36,083 bases of DNA from NCBI GenBank assembly GCA_038214755.1, contig JBBQRQ010000051.1, positions 1 through 36,083 of the forward strand. Direction: 5' to 3'. The position numbers were made by a program, and so were the translations under genes. A model generated the notes under the pieces. It ran no database searches. It worked only from the letters and a program-made list of their open reading frames with translations, and was not told where the DNA came from. Each line of letters starts with the position of its first letter. Within the stretch, counting starts at the first letter, position 1. Positions 1 to 9,400 of the stretch are shown piece after piece. Source of the DNA: Verrucomicrobiota bacterium (lineage in GTDB: Bacteria; Verrucomicrobiota; Verrucomicrobiia; Limisphaerales; CANJXF01).

Positions 1-14
1 GAGGGAAGCTTCTC

Positions 15-134
15 AACGCAGAAGTCGGAACGCGGAACGCAGAATGCGGAGAAAGAGAGGATCGAAGATGGAGGATGGAGGATAGAGGGGTTAACATCGA
101 ACATCCAACGTCCAACATTGAACATCGAACATTC
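15..134. repeat. Mosaic of heptamer tandem repeats: (AAYGCRG)x5, (ATGGAGG-like)x4, (AACATCS-like)x6
   Basis: Read directly: aacgcag-aagtcgg-aacgcgg-aacgcag-aatgcgg (15-49), atcgaag-atggagg-atggagg-atagagg (61-88), aacatcg-aacatcc-aacgtcc-aacattg-aacatcg-aacattc (93-134). The same block order recurs at 21170-21400. Confidence 0.85.
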
Positions 135-195
135 CAGGCCCCCGCAACTCGGCGCGGGAACGTGACCACAAAGGCACGCAGGCACCGAGGCGAAA

Positions 196-501
196 AAAAC
201 TAACCTGCAAAGGGTTTTGGTAACTAACGAAGCCTTAAAGCAAATCTGCACTGCGATTGAACAAGGCTGCTTTGCCACACAGCAAACTGCAAAGTCATTT
301 CGTTAATGAGCGGAGGCACAAAACAAACCTGCAATGCGACGGAACAAGTTTGATTTGTCGCAAAGCAAACTTGCAAAGCTCCTTTGCTTATCAGCGAAGA
401 GGCAAAGCAAACCGGCAAAGCGATGGAGCAAGGTTGCTTTATCGCAAAACAAACAAGCAAAAACCTTTTTGCTTATTAACAAAATGGCTTTGCAGGTTTG
501 T
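196..501 (+). repeat. Array of seven ~42-bp units (16-nt conserved linker + ~26-nt hairpin) ending in an inverted linker copy; candidate structured ncRNA/DNA element
   Basis: Linker AAARCAAACYTGCAAA-like starts at 196, 237, 279, 320, 362, 404 and 446 (41-42 bp spacing). The intervening segments fold as ~11-bp stems with 4-nt loops, e.g. 420-445 GCGATGGAGCA-AGGT-TGCTTTATCGC. CTTTGCAGGTTTGT at 488-501 is the reverse complement of the linker. Confidence 0.8.
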
Positions 502-679
502 AAAATCGGACAGTGACCTCTCTGGCTGCATTTGCTTAAGACAACCTTGACCGCGCAAACCGATACAGCGGTCACATGGGAACTGACGGTAAATTTTTGT
601 CGATAACCCATTATAAATTTTTAACGCGGCTTTCCTCCTTTCCACCCAGATGGGACGATTCAGTTGGACAGATTGCTCG

Positions 680-712
680 CCCTCACCCCAACCCTCTCCC
701 CCGAGGAGCGGG
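680..712. repeat. REP-like element of the CCCTCACCC-N3-CCCTCTCCC...GGAGAGGG type (degenerate)
   Basis: ccctcaccccaaccctctcccccgaggagcggg matches this widespread short palindromic repeat pattern. It explains the spurious LTPTLSPEER N-terminal extension of the ORF called from 664. Confidence 0.6.
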
Positions 713-753
713 TCCTGCCTGATTATCGCGATACTTTAAACAGGACAAAATTT

Positions 754-1368
754 ATGAGCACATATCGAACATCACTGGCGTTCGCGCGTCTCGCCGATTC
801 GCCTCTCAATGCGTTCGCGGAAAATCTCATCGCCAAGATGACGAATAACCCGGCGTTCACTACACCTATCGTAAGTTTAGCCAACATCGCTACGGCGCAA
901 ACGGAGTTCGCCGATGCCATTGTGGCGGCCACGAAAGGCGGCAAACAAGCTACCGCAGAAAAGAACGCTGCGCGTGAAGTGTTGATTACCCTGTTGCGTC
1001 CGCAAGCGGCCTACGTGCAAAGCATCGCGGGTGAAGACCTGGCCATGTTGCTCTCGTCGGGCTTCGAGGCGGTCAAGACGGATCGCACGCAAATCCCGTT
1101 GCCCAAACCGGTAGTGGATCGCATCGATAACCCGATGAGCACACAACTCGGTTTGCGTTTGAAACCGGTTGACACGGCTCGCGCCTATGAAGTGCGGGTG
1201 AGCTATGGCACGAATGGGTGGCAGGCCGTCGGGGTTTTTACCCAGGCCCGCTCTATCCTCATTGAAGACCTGATGCCGGGAACGGTTTATACCGTGCAGG
1301 CGCGGGCGGTGGGCGGGACAACCGGTTATAGCGATTGGAGTGATCCGGTTTCGCACATGGCGATGTGA
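754..1368 (+). CDS. Protein with an N-terminal helical region and a C-terminal fibronectin type III domain (204 aa, no signal peptide)
   Basis: ATG at 754 is preceded by AGGA at ~742; the ORF track start at 664 runs through a REP. FN3 signature: AYEVRVS...W...IEDLMPGTVYTVQARAVGG..GYSDWSDPV. The N-terminal half is Ala-rich and amphipathic. Confidence 0.8.
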   Translation: MSTYRTSLAFARLADSPLNAFAENLIAKMTNNPAFTTPIVSLANIATAQTEFADAIVAATKGGKQATAEKNAAREVLITLLRPQAAYVQSIAGEDLAMLLSSGFEAVKTDRTQIPLPKPVVDRIDNPMSTQLGLRLKPVDTARAYEVRVSYGTNGWQAVGVFTQARSILIEDLMPGTVYTVQARAVGGTTGYSDWSDPVSHMAM

Positions 1369-1372
1369 TGCA

Positions 1373-1441
1373 AACGCGGAATGCGGAATGCGGAAGGTGG
1401 AAGGCGGAAAATCGGCGCGCTGAGGACTGACGCGCCCTACC
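1373..1441. repeat. Heptamer run (AAYGCGG/AAGGYGG x5) followed by a GTAG-type REP-like hairpin
   Basis: aacgcgg-aatgcgg-aatgcgg-aaggtgg-aaggcgg, then ggcgcg-ctgaggactga-cgcgcc-ctacc (its reverse complement begins GGTAGGGCGCG). Confidence 0.7.
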
Positions 1442-1564
1442 TCAGCACAACTCAAAGGAGCGAGAATTCGCCCTTTGAGTTTTTTTTAATTTTCACAAAA
1501 CTATCAAAAATATTTTGCGGAACGTTCACGCAACCTTCAAAATCTCGACGAAGGAAAATTTGAA

Positions 1565-3238
1565 ATGTTGACCACGCTCCGCATCAAAAATCTCGCTCTC
1601 GTTTCTGATCTCACGTTGGAACTTCAACCCGGCTTCAACGCCATCACCGGCGAAACCGGCGCGGGCAAATCCATCATCATCGGCGCGTTAAATCTCGTTC
1701 TTGGCGAACGCGCCGACCGTTCGCTCATCCGCAGCGGTTGCGAGAGTTGTTCCGTCGAAGCGATTTTCGATGCGGAAAAAGTTCGCGCGCCACTCACGAA
1801 ATTTTTGGAGGAAAATGGTTTGGAACCGTGCGAAGAAAACCAACTCGTGCTCAAGCGAACTTTTTCCCTCAGTGGAACCAATCGCCAGTTCATCAATGGC
1901 TCGCCCACCACTCTCGCTGTCCTTGCCGGCATCGGCGAGTGGCTCGTCGATATGCACGGGCCGCACGATCATCAATCGCTGCTTCATCCCGCCAAACAAC
2001 TTTTGATTCTGGACGCCTTTGCCGGGTTGGAGAAACCGCGCGCAGAATTTGCCGAATTGCTGCGACATCGTTCCTCACTCGAAATTGAGAAATCGAATTT
2101 GATTATCGATGAAAAAACTTACGCGCAACAACTCGACCTGCTGCGCTTTCAGGTGCAGGAAATTTTTTCAGCAAGATTGGAAGTGGACGAAGAAAATGAA
2201 TTGCAACAGGAACACGCTCGCGCCAGCAATGCAGCCAAACTTGTTGAGTTGAGCCAGTCGGCGCTCGGACAATTGAGCGAGGATGACAATTCTCTCATCG
2301 CACAGGCGGGCCGAGTGGGGCGCGCCATTCTCGAGCTGCAAAAATTTGATCCGAGTGCGGCATGTTTGTTGTCGTTGCACGAGCAAGCCCTCGCCGCCTT
2401 GCGCGATGTGCAGAGCGATCTCTCGCATTACGCTGATCGGCTGGAAATAAATCCCGAACGTCTCGCGCAACTGGAGGAGCGATTGAATTTATTGCAATCC
2501 CTCAAGCGCAAGTACGGCGGCACGATTGAAGAAGTCATTAATTTCGGCGAACAAGCTCAGAAAAAATTGACGGCGCTCGAACAACGCGACGCCGAATTGA
2601 CCCGACTGAACTCCGCTCTGCAAAAAGTGGAAAAAGAACTTCGCGACGCTGGCGGGAAACTCTCCGAAGCTCGACGCAAATCAATTCCAAGATTGGCCAA
2701 AGCAGTTGCCCAACAACTCGGCGATCTTGGCTTCGAACAAAGTCATTTCGATATTTCAATCGTCACGCAAAAAGAATTTTCTCCCGCTACGTCGGGCAGC
2801 GGATTTGATACCGTGGAATTTCAATTCGCGCCCAACGTGGGAGAGCCGTCCCGGCCTCTTCGCGCGATTGCATCTTCGGGAGAAATGTCGCGCGTCATGC
2901 TCGCTCTGAAAACTGCGCTGGCCTTGCAGGATGAAATACCCGTTCTCGTCTTCGATGAAATCGACGCCAATGTCGGCGGACAAACCGCCAGCGTGGTCGG
3001 GGAGAAAATGCGTCAGATCGGTGAGCAACATCAGGTGCTTTGCATCACGCATTTGCCGGCGGTCGCGGCGAGTGCCGGGTCGCATTATCTCGTGAGCAAA
3101 GAAATTTCCGAAGGACGGACTCTCTCAAAAATAATTTTACTGGACTCGGCCGAGCGAGTGACCGAAGTGGCGCGCATGTTCGGAGGCCAAACTGAAGTCG
3201 CGCGTCAGCACGCCAAATCGTTGTTGAAGCAGAGATGA
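1565..3238 (+). CDS. recN: DNA repair protein RecN
   Basis: 557 aa. Walker A in ITGETGAGKS, central coiled coil, ASSGEMSRVMLALK signature, Walker B LVFDEIDANVGG, QVLCITHLPAVA. Confidence 0.97.
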   Translation: MLTTLRIKNLALVSDLTLELQPGFNAITGETGAGKSIIIGALNLVLGERADRSLIRSGCESCSVEAIFDAEKVRAPLTKFLEENGLEPCEENQLVLKRTFSLSGTNRQFINGSPTTLAVLAGIGEWLVDMHGPHDHQSLLHPAKQLLILDAFAGLEKPRAEFAELLRHRSSLEIEKSNLIIDEKTYAQQLDLLRFQVQEIFSARLEVDEENELQQEHARASNAAKLVELSQSALGQLSEDDNSLIAQAGRVGRAILELQKFDPSAACLLSLHEQALAALRDVQSDLSHYADRLEINPERLAQLEERLNLLQSLKRKYGGTIEEVINFGEQAQKKLTALEQRDAELTRLNSALQKVEKELRDAGGKLSEARRKSIPRLAKAVAQQLGDLGFEQSHFDISIVTQKEFSPATSGSGFDTVEFQFAPNVGEPSRPLRAIASSGEMSRVMLALKTALALQDEIPVLVFDEIDANVGGQTASVVGEKMRQIGEQHQVLCITHLPAVAASAGSHYLVSKEISEGRTLSKIILLDSAERVTEVARMFGGQTEVARQHAKSLLKQR

Positions 3239-3331
3239 AAAAATCACAACGCTTCCATGGTCGGAATCGCAATGAGCCAGAATTTTTTCAGACAACGTTT
3301 CGAGGCGAACCTCCGTTCAACGCATCTACAT

Positions 3332-3396
3332 GGAGCGCCGGTTTGCAATCGGCTTTGCTTGCTTGATGTCCAAAGCCGGTTGCAAACCGGCGCTCC
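3332..3396. repeat. REPIN-like inverted pair of palindromic units between convergent genes
   Basis: ggagcgccggtttgcaatcggcttt (3332-3356) and aaagccggttgcaaaccggcgctcc (3372-3396) are near-perfect reverse complements, and each is internally palindromic. Confidence 0.8.
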
Positions 3397-3435
3397 GGCC
3401 GTTGGGGTTTCGTCGGGGGTGTGAAATATTCGCAG

Positions 3436-6400
3436 TTAAGGTATCAACACCGCCCGATAGAAACGTTGCGAACTGCCCACAGAAACGCTGTCGTCGAACG
3501 ACACCATGCCATCGGAATCGTAAACGACGGAGACGGGTTGCCAGGTCTGCAAGTCGTCCGAAGCTTCAATCAGACAAGGGCCGACCGCCGAGTCTTCCAA
3601 TTGCAGGGTGACGCGCCCGTCATTGTCCTGGTCAACCCAGCCGAGCCGGATTGGCCCTTGTAACTGGGGCGAGGAAGCGGCTATTCCGCCGGTCGCTACA
3701 GCCGTTATATCGATAAAACAAATCTTGTTGTTGCTCGCTCCTGAACCGTTGCTGATGGTAAGGCGTCCGTCACTCACTGTGATCGTGCGCGCTCCCCACA
3801 TCCAGCGCGCCGCCGAGGTCGGCGTTCCTGACACAGTCAGAACTCCCTCCGCATTGAGTCGGTAAACGCTGTCGAAATTGCTGGCATCTCCCGCGACCAC
3901 GAGAACCTGATAACTGCCGTTGGGCACCGCAATTTCCCAAGTGCGCGCGCCGCCGGAAGCCTGCATGTAATTCAATGTGTCGTAACGCTGGTCGGCGGAA
4001 CGGGACGAATCTCTGTCACGCGCCCAACTGGTGTTCGTAGTGTTCCACCCATACGTGTAACCGTTGCCGCGATTGCCGTAAACCAAACCGCCGTCCGGCA
4101 AGTAACCCGTCGGCATTGGCGCCGACGCCGGCTGGAAATTTATCTTCGCGCTGAACGTCAACGTGGTCGCGCTGGCCACGGCGGAGTAGGGCGAGTCGCC
4201 GAAGGTATTCGTGGCGCTGACGCGATAATAGTAAGTCATGCCGACGCTCACGCCGGAGTTACTATAAGTCGTCGTCCCCGCGCTGGTGGTGGCGATCTGC
4301 GTGAAGGTTGTCCCATTGGTCGAACGCTCAATTCGAAAACCAGTTTGATTGGTTGAGCCAGCGCTCCAAGCGAGATTGATCTGGCTACTGGAAACAGCAG
4401 TGGCAATGAGGTTCGTGGGCGCAAGGGGCGTAGGCAGTGGTGGAACCCCGGTCTGCACGCCAGTGAACGTCGAAGCACTGAGCGCGGTGTCGTTATGCGC
4501 CGTCACCGCCAGACCGATATAAATCGGGTCCGGCAAGGCGAGCGCGACGGAACCCACCAACGTCCAAGTCGTACCGTTGGCCGAAACATAACCCTCGATG
4601 GCGCTACCGATCCGCACCAGCTTCACCCAATACGGCGCGGTGACGACGGGTCCAGCAGTGTGCGTGCTCGCGGCGGCGTTCGTTGTTCGGCGCTGGAATG
4701 CGGAACCGTTGCCCGGAGTGATTACCATCATCGCGTGACGCGAACCTGTCGTCAGGTTTTCGCGGAACATCACTCCCGCTTTGGCCCACGGATCGGTATT
4801 TCCAACGCTGACTACGCGCGCGATTAGTTCGCAGTTGCCGGTCCAAGGTTGATAAACGAAATGAAATCCATCGGCGGCGTTCCAGATGTCCGTGCCGGAA
4901 CCTTTGACGGTGAAGGTTCCGCTCGAATAGGTGGCATCGCCGACTAGTCCCACCGCGCCTACATCCTGATGCTGCCACGGCGATGGAAGCGCCGCAGTGG
5001 GCGCCACAGTGAGTGTGCCGTTCACGTGGGTGATGGTATAGTTGGAGTCAGCCGCCCCAGCAGCGACGATGGGATACACGCCCGCAAGACTACCCGAACT
5101 CGCGCCAGTCGAAAGAATGACAGGTGAATCCAGAATCGTTGCTGACTCGCCATTAACCAACCCGGTGTAAGTCGCGGTCAGCGGAGGATTGGTTTGTCCA
5201 ACGACACGGCTCTTGTCATCCGCTCGAATGGTCAAACTCGCGCGGTTCACGGTCAAAGTGCCGTTCGCATGAGTGATGGTGTAGTTCGCATCCGCCGCGC
5301 CGAGGGCGGTAATGGGGTAAGTGCCAACCGAACTGGCGAAGGTAGCGGAGGAGCTTAAGTTCACAGGCGAATCGAGGCTGGCGGAAGTATCACCATTGAC
5401 GAAGCCAGCGTAAGTGACCGAGAAGGCCGGCATCGCTGCGCCGTAAACTTTGGCCTTGTTCTGCGCAGTGATCGTCAACGGTGACTTGAGCACGTTGAGC
5501 AACACGGTCGTCGTCACTGAACTGTAGTTGGCTGAATCGTTCGGCGTAAAAGTCACGGAGAGGATTCGGCCATTCCCGGCGTTCAAAACTGTTCCCAGAG
5601 CCGGAGCGTAAACGAATGTTCCCGGCACGCTGGCGGTAGCGTTCAGTTGTGTGGCGCTCAACGCCACTCCATAGATGATGGAGGCAGGATTGAGCCAGGT
5701 CACAGTTGCCGGAACGGGAGCGATACTGCTGTCGTCAAGCTGGCGAAGAAACGCGACCAGGTTGCTCACGTTCCCGCTGCTGAGGTTGACGCCGGTATGG
5801 GCGGAAATCGCTTCCTCCAAAGTCGCGGCGGAACCATCATGGAGGTAGGGCGCGGTTTCCCATAATCCCGATAATGTCGGCGTATCCAGTCCGGTCAATG
5901 CAACGCCGAGCCGTCCTCCGCTAGAAGGTTTGAGTGTTCCCACATCGTGGAAAACATTTAAAGCGCTGTCCGTAAATTGAGAACCGGAGTGACATTGCGC
6001 GCAATTCTGTTGCAGGAAAATGGTTCGGCCAGCCTGGGCCGCGACGGTGAGAGTTCCGTCCGCATTTCGGTCTGGGCTTTCACCATGTTTCGTCAGCGAA
6101 CTGACATACGCCGCCAGAGCATCAAGGTCTGCACTTAAGCCCGCCTTCGAATCGCCGAGTGGTTGCGAGCGCGTGCCAGCATGGAAATTCGCATCGCTCA
6201 TCAGACCCGTGCCGAGCGCGAAGTTTCTGATCTGTCCTTCGAAATCCTGGACCTCGTCGAAGTTACCCGTCCAATGCAGCGGCCCCTGCGTTGCGTGACC
6301 TCGAAGTGTAATCGTATTGCGCAAACCTTCTCCGAACTGAGTGAAGTCCCAAACACGTCCGTCCTGTCCGCCGTCATTATGGCAGCCAGCGCAACTCATG

Positions 6401-9400
6401 TACTGCTGGAAGGCGACCCGAGTATCGCGCGTGTCGTAGAAGAACTGTTTTCCTCGGAGCACGGTGGCGGTGAGTTTTTCGGTAGTGACGCAGTTCAAGA
6501 CGACCGGCGCAGGTGGCGCGGTGTCGGCGCCATTCGCCAGCGCACTGAGATCGTGAATGGTGATGGTGCGATCCATAAAATTATGCACGAACAACGTTCT
6601 GCCATCCGGCGAGAGGACTAATCCCTGTGGCGCGCGGCCCGCATCGAAACGCAGAATTTCTTCCTTCGCCCACGCATCCGCGACCGTGATTTCGCGACTG
6701 CCCTCCAACGCGGTGAACAGGAAGATGCCGTTCGGGTTGAACGCGGCGGCGCTGGCAACTCCGGTGTTGTCGAAGTCGATGCGGCCAGTCAAATCTTCGG
6801 AGCCGTTCACAAGGTCGATGCGCGAGGCAATGCTACGCATCGTCATATCGTGGGTCAGCACGCCGCCGTTGCGCAATGTGCCGCGCTTGATGTTGTCCTG
6901 CTTCGATGGAACCCACGCACTTTGGCCGTCGGGCGAAATCGCCGCCGCGCCGAGGTAGTTCGGAATACCTTTGCCAGAGTTTGAGGTATCCGGCTCTTCG
7001 CTATGCTGGAGGATGATGGTGTCTTCCAAGATGAAGGTAGTCGCGTTGATGACGAGCACTTCGCCGCCATAGTTCACGCCGTTCATAGTAGTCTGCACGT
7101 TCGCCGTTTCCTCGCCCGGCAATCGCGGCGTAACAAAACGTGTCGCAAAAATCTGCGCGCCATCCGCCGTCACCGAAAGATGACGGACATGGGGGCCGAC
7201 ATTCAGCGCGGCGATTGTGGTGCCGGTAGTAGGATTGAGTTTCAGGATTTTGCCCGCGTCTTCCAACGCGACATACGCATTCAGCCCGGCGGGATCGAAC
7301 ACAATTCCGAAAGGACGAGAGCCGCGTGGGAGATTTACCGTCTGAGCCACCGAGTAGTCGGAGCGCAAAATTGTCAGCGTTGCGGATTCGGTATTGGCTA
7401 CCCACACGCGACCGTCAGAGGCGATGGCCACAGTTCGCGGAGCGCGACCGACGTTTACTTCGGCGAGTTTCGCGCGGGTCACTGCGTCGAATACGGTCAC
7501 GCTATCGTTGTCTGGATTCACCACCCATAGACGGGAATTCGTGCCGGTGCGGACTTCATAGGCGATGCTCGACGACGCGGTTGGCTTCGCCGCAGTCAAC
7601 GGCGCATAAACGCCCTGGCGGTAGCTGGCGGTTACTTCGCGTCCCGTGTCGTCACGCACTGTGACCGTGACCAGATAGCGACCGGGCGTCGAAAACAAAT
7701 GCGAAGTAGAAGGTGAACTGGAGAAAGAAGTTTCCGGCGAACCATCTCCAAAGTTCCAGCGATATTGCGAATTCAATCCGCCCGAAGATTGCGCGGTCAT
7801 TGCCACACTTGTGCCCGCCGCCACCGCGATTCCAGCCAGCGGTTGAACCGTCAACACATTATTGATCGTCCACGTAAAACTCGCGCTCACGGGCAAGGTA
7901 TTGCCGTCCGCCACCGTGATGGTTGGAGAAAAAATTCCACCTACGCTCGGCGTCCCGGAGATAAGCCCTGAAGTAGGATTGATGGAAAGACCCGTCGGCA
8001 AACCCGTGGCGCTCCACGTGAGCAAATCGCCATTCGCATCCGTGGCTTGCATTTGGGTAGTGACAGCGACGCCGACTACGGTGGTCCGGTTGATAGGCGC
8101 GGTGAGAACCGGTTGCGCCGGCAGCGCGAAGGCGTTCACGGTGAGACTCCAGCTTTCAATGTCATGATTATTGAAAGCGCCGCCCGTTGCGCCGGTGAAT
8201 CCAAACCACGCCAGGCCGCCGAGGAGAGCAGGAAGATCAACGTTCGCGATCATTACCGGACTACCCGGACGCTGTGTGACGATGCCTTGAGCGATGTAAA
8301 CGCGGAGTTGATTCGCGGGGCCATCATACTCTACCCACACGGTGTGACTGAGCGCGTTCTCCAAATCCCAACCCGGCGTATAGGTGGTGAGATGAGTCAC
8401 GACATTGCCGTTACTTAGAATGCCGAGGTGGTTCGCGTTAGGATCACTGGCGCCCTGGTAATTATCAATCTCGACCGCAACACTTCGCGTCATCCCCTCG
8501 TAGCCCAGACCCGCGCCGACCGTCCCGATAGAAGAAGCGCCATTGCCCTGGACAACGAAGGTCAATCCATCCGCGCCATCCGCCGTTCCGTGAATGCGGA
8601 AAACAAATCGGGTGTTGAGGGATGAGTTCGAACCGATGGCGACCGGGCTGGAAAGAAAAGCCGACCCAACCTGGTTCGCCACATTCGACGCGAGCCGCAA
8701 CGCGCCAGCGGTAATCGCCGCATTGCCATTCAACGTCAGACTACTGGCGCTCGCGAAGTTCGCGAAATTTTGCGTGAAAGTTTGGGGCTGAATGGTCCAG
8801 GAAAAATTTTCGAAGTCTGAACTATTGCCGTTGCTCAACGTGACTCGCACCGAAGAAACGCCCGCCGAGGTTGGCGTGCCGGTGATTCGGCCCGTAGCGG
8901 AATTGATGGAAAGCCCCGCTGGCAAACCAGTCGCAGACCACGTGAGAAGACTGCCGGTCGGTGCGCTTCCAATCATCGGCAAGGAGACCGATTGACCGAC
9001 ATAGGATGCTTGATTTCCTGGAGGGACGACGTCCACCGAAGTGGTCGCGTCCACCAGGATAATTTTGGAGATGGAATGAACACCGGCCGCGTTCAGACCG
9101 AACAGCATCCAGTAACCTGGAGTCATGACGTTGAGGCTGGAGTGAGACGTAATTTGATAATTCCCAGAGGAGGTTTCTGTGAAAAGAAGGGATAGGTAAC
9201 GCAAGTCCGTGTTTACGGAATGCGTAATGGCCGACATTTTGATGAACGCAAATTTCTGCATCGCAGGCGTGCCCGAAACCAGGAACTTGGTTCCCACGCC
9301 GATGGAGGACGGCGCAGTGTTGAGCACGGGCCGCGTGGCGGGAGTGCCGTCGGCGTTGAAGAGATTGGCCGGAGTGAAAAGTTGCGCGTCGCGATGATCA

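Noticed and set aside
196..501. CRISPR array interpretation of the 42-bp repeats
   Set aside because: The constant part is only ~16 nt and degenerate, the variable parts are related to each other in alternation and self-complementary, and no cas genes are in the window.
224..645. Short overlapping ORFs across the array (e.g. 224-460 minus with ALQVCF repeats, 257-550 plus)
   Set aside because: They are by-products of the 42-bp period. 41-bp units break the frame, and there is no clear RBS or protein family signal. Coding cannot be fully excluded.
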